A stretch of DNA of 32,000 bases, from positions 630,001 through 662,000 of the forward strand of contig SHMX01000001.1 in assembly GCA_008080745.1 (NCBI GenBank), in the 5' to 3' direction. Below are positions 20,145 through 28,937 of this stretch, piece by piece; the first letter of the stretch is position 1, and every line of letters begins with the position of its first letter. This DNA is from Candidatus Thorarchaeota archaeon. Lineage in GTDB: Archaea; Asgardarchaeota; Thorarchaeia; Thorarchaeales; Thorarchaeaceae. Made by a program: the position numbers and the translations under genes. The notes under the pieces were generated by a model. The model ran no database searches and was not told where the DNA came from. It saw only the letters and a list, made by a program, of their open reading frames with translations.

Positions 20145-21563
20145 CTAATTATCTGATGTTGACTCCTTGGAGGATACAAATCGAAACAACATATCTATTG
20201 TGCGTGGGGTACCAAGAATAAGTAATATGATGATTCCGATGATTGAAAATGTCAGTATGCGAATTGGAAAGAGTTCTATGAACATGGCAACGATAGCAAA
20301 GCCAAATGATGCAAACATAAACGTCATAAAATGTACTGCTGCCTGAGGTGCACCAGCGCGAATGAGTTTTCTTGCAACTCCAAAGAAGACAAAAAATGCA
20401 GCAAATATCAAGAAAAATAGAAGTAGGAACAGAGTATCCCACTCAAAAACAGTAATTAGCGTATCTTCGTACTGAACCAACCGGACAAAGGGGAAACCGA
20501 GAGTGAATAATACCGCAGCATAAGCTATCAATGACTCTCTTACCAAGATCTGTGCTCTTTTTGAGAATCCCACAGAGGCTGCAGCTAAAAAGAAAGTACA
20601 TGCTGAAGACACACCAAGAATCCATTCGAAATAGAGTAGCCCTTCATCAAAATTTCCCAAATAGCTCAGATAGAATGAATAATTCATTGTGTGAGCAATG
20701 GAGATAATTGCAACAAATACAAGTGTGATTGAGATGTATCTCGGGGTCTTGGCTTTGCTCTCAGAGACTTGCCCGAGGAAGAAGTCTAGAGGTATGAGAA
20801 TAAATGTTGTTGCAATGGTAAGTAACAGCATCGTTTGAAAAATTAGAATATTGCCATCTACAAAGGCAGGAATCATTATTCCCAATCCAATGGTATAGGT
20901 GAAAAACAGAATACCTAGTAAAACCATATATCTCCACGGTCGGAGGAGAGACGCCAAAATAGCCGCACCAATTACAAATGGAAGTACCTGTAGGAAGAAA
21001 TACTTTGGATTAAGATACAGAATGAAAATTGGAAATCCACCCAACTCTGAAACTGCAAATAGAAAACCTGCAATGATGTATGAAAATACAAGCAATAAAC
21101 CGGATACACTGAATGGGGAAAAGGATTCTTTTACCAGATAAAGAGATAGTAGTAGACTGATAATCATTAGGATTGGGAGTCCGATTGACAAAAAGAAAGG
21201 TGGCACTGATATTGTCACACGAAGAAATGACTCGATAGTCATCAAGCCCACTATTGTAGATATCGCGCCGAGAGATATCTTCATTTTTTTACTGTCATCA
21301 ATGACCAGCTGAAGGAATGAGGCGATTAAGGTGCCAAACATCAGAGAAATAGCACTCACCGCAATAACCTGGGCATGTTGAAGAAAGGTTGCTACTAAAG
21401 CTAAGAAGAACAAGGAGAGAGCAAACAACTGAAGAGAGTTGGCTGTAGCTTGGGTAATGTTTGGTAATATTTTACGAAGCCTTACAAGATAGATGCCAAA
21501 CGAGATAAACAAAAGCAATGCTGAGAAGATGGTTGAAACGGTCAAACTTAGTACAAAATCCAT
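20145..21563 (-). CDS. Polytopic membrane protein (~14-15 TM) of unknown function
   Basis: 472 aa of almost continuous hydrophobic helices with short basic loops; GGAGGT ribosome-binding site before the ATG. Confidence 0.85.
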   Translation of the reverse strand: MDFVLSLTVSTIFSALLLFISFGIYLVRLRKILPNITQATANSLQLFALSLFFLALVATFLQHAQVIAVSAISLMFGTLIASFLQLVIDDSKKMKISLGAISTIVGLMTIESFLRVTISVPPFFLSIGLPILMIISLLLSLYLVKESFSPFSVSGLLLVFSYIIAGFLFAVSELGGFPIFILYLNPKYFFLQVLPFVIGAAILASLLRPWRYMVLLGILFFTYTIGLGIMIPAFVDGNILIFQTMLLLTIATTFILIPLDFFLGQVSESKAKTPRYISITLVFVAIISIAHTMNYSFYLSYLGNFDEGLLYFEWILGVSSACTFFLAAASVGFSKRAQILVRESLIAYAAVLFTLGFPFVRLVQYEDTLITVFEWDTLFLLLFFLIFAAFFVFFGVARKLIRAGAPQAAVHFMTFMFASFGFAIVAMFIELFPIRILTFSIIGIIILLILGTPRTIDMLFRFVSSKESTSDN

Positions 21564-21567
21564 TATG

Positions 21568-21942
21568 CTACCTCCATAAATCTCCTATTTCTTTTCCTCT
21601 GTCATGGACGACCTTTGAAAGTTTTGAGCCTAGTTCCTTTGGAGAGGCACCGGGATTATCAAGAACTGCCTGTATTGCATCGGTAGCCGCTTCCTCAGAA
21701 TCCCCCTCACATATGATAACATAGTCACCCTGTTTGCAATATCCAATCACACCATCGTCTGATTTCATGAATCTCAAAGTGGGCCCGTCATCAGAATCGG
21801 TGGACTTGACTAAAGCAGCTGAAACCAGTTGAATAATTCCCGCCAGCATAGCAACTCGTTCTTCACTCTCATCATCATGAGGATACAAAATTGTGGAATG
21901 GAGATCATTTGGTCGCACTCTGGCAACAAGTCGGACAGTCAT
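21568..21942 (-). CDS. Stand-alone longin/roadblock-like domain protein
   Basis: Residue pattern fits beta-beta-alpha-beta-beta-beta-alpha-alpha (VRLVARV / TILY / ERVAMLAGIIQLVSAALVK / LRFMK / VIGYCK / YVIICE / EEAATDAIQAVL / KELGSKLSKVV); GGAGGT site; ATGA overlap with the upstream gene. Fold call is by eye. Confidence 0.62.
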   Translation of the reverse strand: MTVRLVARVRPNDLHSTILYPHDDESEERVAMLAGIIQLVSAALVKSTDSDDGPTLRFMKSDDGVIGYCKQGDYVIICEGDSEEAATDAIQAVLDNPGASPKELGSKLSKVVHDRGKEIGDLWR

Positions 21943-22220
21943 TTTCTCTTACCTCCAAAAACACCCGTAACCCAATCCATTTCATCTGATTCTTCATCAT
22001 CTGAGGGAGGGTTCAACGGTACTCGAATATCGCGGACAGCTAGTGAATCATTTCTAAAATATAATGTCACAAGTAGGCTGTGATTCGTGGCGCATCGGGC
22101 AATCAATGTTGGAGACCTTCCTTCTGTTAGAATTATTTGCTTTATTCGTTCAACCTCAGTATCAGGTAAGTCAAGTATAGCCTCTGAAGAACACTCAGGG
22201 CATGTAAATGTTAGAATCAT
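21939..22220 (-). CDS. Small Zn-ribbon-like protein
   Basis: CPEC near the N-terminus and CATNH as the probable second knuckle; acidic tail DDEESDEMDW. Confidence 0.75.
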   Translation of the reverse strand: MILTFTCPECSSEAILDLPDTEVERIKQIILTEGRSPTLIARCATNHSLLVTLYFRNDSLAVRDIRVPLNPPSDDEESDEMDWVTGVFGGKRK

Positions 22221-22399
22221 ATATTGTCCCCAATGCCTATTTCATAGATTATCAGACGAATTAATTCACCACACACAGGAATACATATAGTAATTATTAG
22301 TGCAGAGTTGAGGATTAGCAATCACTTCAATCACACCCATACCAACTTATTTATAATTAACAATAGTTATTAGCAAGCTGGATTGATTGGTGAACTAAC

Positions 22400-23398
22400 A
22401 TGAGATATAGAAAGGTTGGAAAGAGTGGATTAAAGATAAGCGAAATTTCACTTGGTTCCTGGCTAACCTATGGTGGAACAGTGGATGACAAGATTGCAAA
22501 GAATTGTATGAGAACAGCAATTGAACAGGGAATAAACTTCATTGATTCTGCAGAAGTTTATGCAAAGGGGCAAGCTGAAAAGGTAATAGGGGAATGGTTG
22601 AAAGAAGAAACCGTGGAAAGGAAAAAACTTGTTTTATCGAGTAAAGTTTTCTGGCCTACAAGTGACGCCATCACTGACTGGGGAAATACCAGAAAAAACA
22701 TCATGAACGCCATCCAGGGAACTCTTGAACGGTTAGGTACAGATCACATAGATATCTACTATTTACACAGGTATGACTATACTACACCGCTGAAAGAAAC
22801 TGTAGAGGTGTTAGACGATCTCATCAGAGCAGGAAAAATCCACTACTGGGGTACATCCGTATGGACAGCAGCCCAACTTGAACGTGCTAATGCGGTGGCA
22901 AAAGCTCTCAATCTTAGACCGCCCATAGTGGAACAACCAATGTATAACATGTTCTTCAGACACATTGAATACGAGATAATGCCAGTAGCAAAAACCCATG
23001 GGATGGGCTTTACTGTTTGGAGTCCATTGTATCAGGGATTGCTCACAGGGAAGTACAACGATGGTATTCCAGAGGGTTCTCGTGGAAGCCGATCCGAGTC
23101 TCTCAAAGAGAAGCTTACAGAAGAGAATCTAGAAAAACTGAGAAGACTAGGAGAGCTTGCTGATTCATTGGACATCTCAATGAGCCAGATGGCTCTAGCA
23201 TGGATTCTAAGACGACCAGAGATATCCGCTGCAATAACTGGTGCCACAAAACCTGAACACGTAATCGAAAATGCCCAGGCTTCTGATATAACATTATCAT
23301 CAACCACTCTTGAAGAGATTGAAGATATTATGGACAACGAACCAGAATGGCCAGAAACCTACGGTCCAAATATCTACCACAAAGATAAGATGAGATAG
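22400..23398 (+). CDS. Aldo/keto reductase (Kv-beta/Tas-like)
   Basis: ISEISLGSW, FIDSAEVY (Asp, Tyr), SSKVFW (Lys), YYLHRYD (His); GGTGA ribosome-binding site. Confidence 0.95.
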   Translation: MRYRKVGKSGLKISEISLGSWLTYGGTVDDKIAKNCMRTAIEQGINFIDSAEVYAKGQAEKVIGEWLKEETVERKKLVLSSKVFWPTSDAITDWGNTRKNIMNAIQGTLERLGTDHIDIYYLHRYDYTTPLKETVEVLDDLIRAGKIHYWGTSVWTAAQLERANAVAKALNLRPPIVEQPMYNMFFRHIEYEIMPVAKTHGMGFTVWSPLYQGLLTGKYNDGIPEGSRGSRSESLKEKLTEENLEKLRRLGELADSLDISMSQMALAWILRRPEISAAITGATKPEHVIENAQASDITLSSTTLEEIEDIMDNEPEWPETYGPNIYHKDKMR

Positions 23399-23519
23399 AA
23401 ACCAAATAGTAGGGATTTCAACCCCAATCACTCCAATTTGAGATGGTAATTTCATACTCTACTAGCCGGAAATCTAAATTGGAAGTAAAACAATAGTATA
23501 TGGTTGTGTAGGTGAGAAA

Positions 23520-24095
23520 GTGAATCGGGAAAAACTACGTGATATGATGTTTAAACTGGTCTTGATAGGTGATGCAGCAGTAGGTAAGACAAGCATAAGG
23601 CGTAGGTACATGGGCACCGGATTTGTTGCTCAACACCTTGCGACGATAGGGGTAGACTTTGCGCAAAAATATGTAAATTATGAGGAGCAGACAGTGCGTT
23701 TGGTCATTTGGGACCTTGCAGGGCAAGAGGCATATGAGAGAATTAGAAGTTATTATTACCAGGGCTGCAGTGCGGTTGTCCTGGTATATTCAGTTGTTGA
23801 TAGAAGATCCTTCGATAATGCCAGTAAATGGTTGGTTGAGGCACACAAATACATTGGTGGCCTTCCACCATCATTAGTACTAGGAAACAAGATAGACCTC
23901 CGAGAACAACGGAGGAAACATGAGATAGTCACGAGGGAAGAAGGACAAGAATTTGCCCAAATATTCAGTGAAAGAATGGAAGTTCCAGTTTTATTCAGGG
24001 AAACCTCTGCATTAACAGGAGAGAATATCAACACGGCATTTCAAGAACTTACCGAATTGATGATTGAAATTTATAGAAAGAGAAAACACGAATGA
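23520..24095 (+). CDS. Rab-like small GTPase
   Basis: GDAAVGKTS, TIGVDF, WDLAGQE, YYQG, GNKID, ETSA; GTG start with AGGTGAG site. Confidence 0.95.
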   Translation: MNREKLRDMMFKLVLIGDAAVGKTSIRRRYMGTGFVAQHLATIGVDFAQKYVNYEEQTVRLVIWDLAGQEAYERIRSYYYQGCSAVVLVYSVVDRRSFDNASKWLVEAHKYIGGLPPSLVLGNKIDLREQRRKHEIVTREEGQEFAQIFSERMEVPVLFRETSALTGENINTAFQELTELMIEIYRKRKHE

Positions 24096-24108
24096 CAATA
24101 GAAAAATT

Positions 24109-24128
24109 CAGGAGGCTATAACCTCCTG
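24109..24128. terminator. Hairpin between convergent Rab and CPBP genes
   Basis: CAGGAGG-CTATAA-CCTCCTG flanked by A/T tracts. Confidence 0.55.
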
Positions 24129-24155
24129 TTTAGATATTACTTTGAAAATATAGTG

Positions 24156-25004
24156 TTATTTCATGATATCATCTATTGTGACTTTTTCCTCAGAGGATAA
24201 CGATCTCATTTTGAATACGATGATTACCATTATTGCAAACCCGATATTGACAAGAAGGGTGTACACTGCAGGAATGGTAAATCCAGCATCATATATCAGG
24301 AAGCCAACAGTATTAGTTATTGCATGATATAGTGTCACGGTAATCAGGTTCCCGTTAGTTGAATTGTATATCCAAGTGTATAGGATAGTTACAATAATTG
24401 TATGTAGGGAGAAAATGAGAAAATTGCCGTAGATCTCAATTTGCGCACTTGAGGGAATCACGAAATATTGCCAATGCCAAAGGGACCAAACAATTCCCAG
24501 AGCCAGACTCGCAACCAAGGCATTTTGCGTCTTCTGTAAAGCAGGGAGTGCAAAGCCTCTCCAACCTATTTCTTCCCAGATATTCATCAAAAAATTGCTC
24601 AAAAGAATAGGGATGAATACTGCAAAGTTTGCATTTAGAAATTCAAAAGTTGAACCCATTAGAACCATCATACCGATGGCAGTATAAAAGGTCACAAAGG
24701 GAAGAATGATTGCCACCATAATCATTGGTCTATTAGATATCGACCGAGTGAGTCCAGAGAAGACATTTTTTGCGCCATCACTACCAAATGCCAAAGCAGC
24801 CGTTATGACCGCGGCTATCGTAGGTGAACCGCCCCCAAGCAGGACAAACGGTGTAACCAATGTGGTGGGGAATAATCCATATTCTGATAGAACCAGTGGT
24901 AGGTATCCAATAAAACCGATTATCAGAGCCAGCAAAGAAAATACAAAGAAGGCATACTTTAGAATGAAACTATGATTAGATGATGTCGATTCTGTATCAT
25001 TCAT
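24156..25004 (-). CDS. CPBP family intramembrane metalloprotease (CAAX protease/Abi-like)
   Basis: WEEIGWRGF, WSLWHW and LYHAITN motifs; about 7-8 TM. Confidence 0.92.
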   Translation of the reverse strand: MNDTESTSSNHSFILKYAFFVFSLLALIIGFIGYLPLVLSEYGLFPTTLVTPFVLLGGGSPTIAAVITAALAFGSDGAKNVFSGLTRSISNRPMIMVAIILPFVTFYTAIGMMVLMGSTFEFLNANFAVFIPILLSNFLMNIWEEIGWRGFALPALQKTQNALVASLALGIVWSLWHWQYFVIPSSAQIEIYGNFLIFSLHTIIVTILYTWIYNSTNGNLITVTLYHAITNTVGFLIYDAGFTIPAVYTLLVNIGFAIMVIIVFKMRSLSSEEKVTIDDIMK

Positions 25005-25060
25005 CGTGAATCTACACTCCGGAATATTCTATTGGAATTAATAAAAGTAGAGATGGATAA

Positions 25061-25783
25061 TCAAATCTTTCGGGACCTGATGCAGATGAAGCTAGGCCAT
25101 TTACTTGACTCTTCATAGGTTGCAGGATCGTGAAGTTTACATATCTCAATAGGTTTTGGTTCTAGAAGTTCCTCGATATGAAAACCAGCATCAAATAACG
25201 CACTCATCATATCGGATAATGGCCTATGAAAATATTGCATCGTGACAGGGTTGCCAAACCCCCTCCAACGATATTCCATTCGCTTTATACTGAAGTACTC
25301 TCTTTCAGATTTTATGAATGCTTTATCAAAAGGATGTCCTGCTGAAAAAATCAGGACGCCTTTTTCTTTTAGGATTTCAGAAAACCGCCTGAATAATGTG
25401 TGCCAATCTTGAACATAATCAAGTACCAAAGGACATAATATAAGGTCAAAATAATTAGAAATCAAAAACGGTAGATTATCTTCTATATCCGCTTGAATAA
25501 AGTTTGATTGCTCACATAGTCTTTTTCGTGCCAGTCGTAGCATAGTAGGACTGATATCTAGGCTGACGACTCTAGCACCATTAGATATGAGATATTCCGC
25601 ATATCTGCCCGGGCCTGAACCTATATCCAGAACCATAAGACCGTCTAGTTCGGGAAGTAAAGAGGTAACCGCAGGCCAATCAATATACGCATTGTGTGCT
25701 TTTGTATCAACTCTAGCTGCATAACTCTCAGCAATCTCTTCATAAACATCAAGAGCGATAGGACGATCATGTGAATCAGGCAT
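25061..25783 (-). CDS. Class I SAM-dependent methyltransferase
   Basis: VLDIGSGPG motif I, LDISPTML motif II, FDLILCPLVLDY; AAGGAG site upstream. Confidence 0.92.
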   Translation of the reverse strand: MPDSHDRPIALDVYEEIAESYAARVDTKAHNAYIDWPAVTSLLPELDGLMVLDIGSGPGRYAEYLISNGARVVSLDISPTMLRLARKRLCEQSNFIQADIEDNLPFLISNYFDLILCPLVLDYVQDWHTLFRRFSEILKEKGVLIFSAGHPFDKAFIKSEREYFSIKRMEYRWRGFGNPVTMQYFHRPLSDMMSALFDAGFHIEELLEPKPIEICKLHDPATYEESSKWPSFICIRSRKI

Positions 25784-26047
25784 CGATTTGAAACTCCTTT
25801 ATTGTGTGAAAAGACAATGTGATTAAAATTCAGCTTGTCTGGATTATCAGAGGTCTAATCGAGGTATAAAGGAAATCTATTTTGTTGTGAAGTGTGTCTA
25901 AATGTCTAAATACCGTTTCTTATGTGCATTAAAATGGGCAGCAAGAAGCCCTTTTACTCCATAAACATTCGAGCCGAGTAAATGTAACATTGTACTCTTG
26001 CAGAATATGTACCACTCCATCATCGAGAATCTTCTCCCATGAGGACT

Positions 26048-28765
26048 TCAATCAGTTCTGAATCTGGGAACACGTTTGGAAATGGTTTTCCAAACCTGCC
26101 CAATGATGAGAGGTGCCAAGCTCAATAGGATGATAATACCCCATCCCAAAAGACCTGGATCTACTAGACTAAGAAGAGTTGATAATCCAGGCAGATATAC
26201 CGGGACTATTAGCAGAGGCACACAGAGTGCAATTGCAACCCAGACATAGGGGTTTGTTGTGACCTCATTGTTGAGAATATCAGACTCGGAGGACCTCATG
26301 TTGAACACATGCCAGAGTTGCGAGAAAGCCAGAGTCAGAAATACCATAGTTCCTACAACAGCCACACCTAGATTAAGGATGGAAGAGGATACCATCGCAG
26401 TTACCAAAACAGCAGTGGTAATGATGGATCCATAACTTCCTATCGATAGCCAATGATTTTTAGTAATAATTGGCTCATCGGAACCTCGTGGTGGGCGATT
26501 CATAACGGTAGGATCACCTTCACCAACACCCAATGCTAAGGCAGGAAACACATCAGTAACTACATTCAGAAACAATATCTGCAGGGGCGTGATGGGTAAT
26601 GGACCTGGTAGCAAGGAAAAGAGAGCAATCACTATAATTTCGCTCATGTTACATGATAGTAAATAGAGGACAAATCGCCGGATATTGTTAAAAATGACAC
26701 GTCCTTCTTCGATAGCGTACACAATGGTTGAGAATCGATCATCTCTCAGGACTATATCCGCGGCTTCCTGGGCAACCTGGGTCCCTCTCATACCCATTGC
26801 TACACCTATATCCGCTTTCTTCAGGGCCGGTGCATCATTTACTCCATCTCCTGTCATAGCAACAACACGGTTCTCGCGCTGATGCAGTTCCACCAAATCC
26901 AATTTCTGTTCAGGTGATACTCTCGCCATTACATTGGCGTTCAGAAGATTGGAACGTTCATCATCCGACAGGTGGTCTATATCTTCCAGTTCCTCTCCAA
27001 GAACCACTCTCGTTTCAGTATCAACTAGGCCAACCTCTTTCGCAATCTTCTCAGCAGTTTCAGGATGATCACCTGTCACCATCACAACCTGAATGCCTGC
27101 ATTCTTACAAGAGCGGATGGAATCCTCAACCTCCGCCCGAGCAGGATCAAGAAGTCCTGCAAGTCCGAGGAAAGTCAAGTCTGAATAAGGATTAATCTCT
27201 TCATCATCGACACTCTTCTGTGCAAATCCAATGACTCGAAGACCATCACTTGCCAGCTCTTTGTTTCTTTTTCTCCATTCATCTCGTACTGTATCATCTA
27301 ATTCCTTCACGCCACTGCGGGTTAGAATGCTTGATGATACCTCCAACACTTCTTCAGGAGCTCCCTTTACAGAAACCATCAATTCGTCATCATTACGGTT
27401 AAAACATGCCATCATTTTCAATTCGGGATCAAAGGCAATCTTCTTGACTCGTGGGAACTCGTCTAACAGTTCTTCAGGATCGAATCCTGCCTTCACACCC
27501 GCAACCAGTATTGCAATCTCCAAGGGTTCACCTATACTCTGCCCATCCTCTTTCAATTGCTCAGGCTCTGTAGATGCCTCATTAGCGAACAATCCAACTT
27601 TGAGCAACTCCTGTATTATCTCATCTCTCTTGGGATCTATTGTTTTGTCATCTCTATGAAATTCACCCTTGAGGGCCATTCCGGTTCCCGTAACATTTGT
27701 GATACCAGACGCATCCCAAATCGTAGTCACGGTCATACGGCTCTCCGTGAGAGTGCCTGTCTTATCAGTACAGATAACACTAGTCGTCCCTAGAGTTTCC
27801 ACAGAGGAGAGTCTATCAACAATGGCATTCCGTCGTGCCATCCTCCACATTCCTCTAGCTAATCCAAGAGTGGCAACCAGGGGCAGACCTTCGGGAACAG
27901 TAGCGATGGCAAGGGCAATGCCTGTTTCAATCATCAAAATTAATTCTCGACCTGCAAGAACTCCCATTAGAGTGACCAAAACACCAATAGAAAGAGTGAC
28001 ATAGACCAGATTGTGGCTCAGCTGATTGAGACGTTTCTCAAGGGGCGTCACAGCCTCCTCAGCTTTTTGAGTTAGGGAGGAGATTGTGCCAATCTCGGTC
28101 TGCATTCCAGTTCTCACGACGACACCCAGTCCAGAACCCCTTGTGACCGATGTACCCTTGTAAGCAATACAGGAACGATCAGCTGCTCTGGTATCAGGTT
28201 CATCTGGGTCCGTACTTTTGCTAACAGGGACCGATTCACCTGTTAGAGCTGATTCATCCATCTGCATTTTCGAGGTCTCTATCAATCGAAGATCAGCCAC
28301 TACAAGGTCGCCACTCTCAATTCTGACGATATCGCCAGGTACGACTGTTTTTGCATCGACCTCTTTCAAGTCTCCATTACGTCGAACAGTGGCACTAACA
28401 CTCTCTAGCTCTTGAAAAGCTTCCATCGATCTGATGGCTCGGTATTCTGTACCAAATCCAATTGTTGCATTGATTAGAATGACTACAAAAATGGCGAAAG
28501 CTTCCGCAGCATCACCAAGAAAAAAAGCTAGAAGGGATGCAAAGAAAAGAATACCAATCATAATGCTCTTGAACTGTTCTAGGAGGATATCCCAGACACT
28601 TCTTTTGGCGACCTCTCGTAATCTATTATCACCATATTCTTCTCGTCGTTGTTTTGCATCATCGATATCCAAACCTTGCTCCGGATCAACCTCCAAAGTT
28701 TCAAGTACGGTTTCCACCGATTTGCTCCAAGGTTTTTCTATTGCAATCTTCTTTTGAGTCATCAT
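26048..28765 (-). CDS. P-type ATPase, P2A (Ca2+/cation-transporting)
   Basis: TGES, PEGL (M4), DKTGT, KGAPE, TGD, GDGVND; M5 SCNMSE and M6 NVVTD ion ligands; M8 carries Q rather than E, as in single-site prokaryotic P2A pumps. Confidence 0.95.
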   Translation of the reverse strand: MMTQKKIAIEKPWSKSVETVLETLEVDPEQGLDIDDAKQRREEYGDNRLREVAKRSVWDILLEQFKSIMIGILFFASLLAFFLGDAAEAFAIFVVILINATIGFGTEYRAIRSMEAFQELESVSATVRRNGDLKEVDAKTVVPGDIVRIESGDLVVADLRLIETSKMQMDESALTGESVPVSKSTDPDEPDTRAADRSCIAYKGTSVTRGSGLGVVVRTGMQTEIGTISSLTQKAEEAVTPLEKRLNQLSHNLVYVTLSIGVLVTLMGVLAGRELILMIETGIALAIATVPEGLPLVATLGLARGMWRMARRNAIVDRLSSVETLGTTSVICTDKTGTLTESRMTVTTIWDASGITNVTGTGMALKGEFHRDDKTIDPKRDEIIQELLKVGLFANEASTEPEQLKEDGQSIGEPLEIAILVAGVKAGFDPEELLDEFPRVKKIAFDPELKMMACFNRNDDELMVSVKGAPEEVLEVSSSILTRSGVKELDDTVRDEWRKRNKELASDGLRVIGFAQKSVDDEEINPYSDLTFLGLAGLLDPARAEVEDSIRSCKNAGIQVVMVTGDHPETAEKIAKEVGLVDTETRVVLGEELEDIDHLSDDERSNLLNANVMARVSPEQKLDLVELHQRENRVVAMTGDGVNDAPALKKADIGVAMGMRGTQVAQEAADIVLRDDRFSTIVYAIEEGRVIFNNIRRFVLYLLSCNMSEIIVIALFSLLPGPLPITPLQILFLNVVTDVFPALALGVGEGDPTVMNRPPRGSDEPIITKNHWLSIGSYGSIITTAVLVTAMVSSSILNLGVAVVGTMVFLTLAFSQLWHVFNMRSSESDILNNEVTTNPYVWVAIALCVPLLIVPVYLPGLSTLLSLVDPGLLGWGIIILLSLAPLIIGQVWKTISKRVPRFRTD

Positions 28766-28873
28766 GAGAGACCTACTTCTGTAATCAGGAACCGATGGGA
28801 GAACATCTCCCAGTGTGATAATCCATCAGGCAAAACTAGGAGTATCTTTGGTAATCTTGTGCAATATCCTAGT
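28766..28873 (-). promoter_or_regulatory. Structured leader of the P-type ATPase (two stem-loops)
   Basis: Minus strand: ACTAGGA...TCCTAGT followed by TTT (28873-28832), and TGGGAGA-TGT-TCTCCCA (28812-28796). Confidence 0.35.
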
Positions 28874-28937
28874 AGTAAATTAACTATAATATACTCATAT
28901 TTAATATCTGTTCTAAGACAAAGGAAGAGTGAAATGT

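Noticed and set aside
23520-25004. Rab-like GTPase next to a CAAX (Rce1-like) protease as a prenylation-processing pair
   Set aside because: The genes are convergent with a hairpin between them, and neither GTPase has a C-terminal Cys. CPBP proteases are widespread.
25929-26051. 40-codon TTG-started ORF (MKSSWEKILDDGVVHILQEY...) overlapping the ATPase stop
   Set aside because: No ribosome-binding site, no recognisable motif; cannot be told from chance or a gene remnant without a homology search.
28766-28830. Fluoride or yybP-ykoY riboswitch
   Set aside because: CTGATGG is present, but the pseudoknot partner and the 3' consensus are missing; GGGGAGUAGC and CAAGACC are absent.
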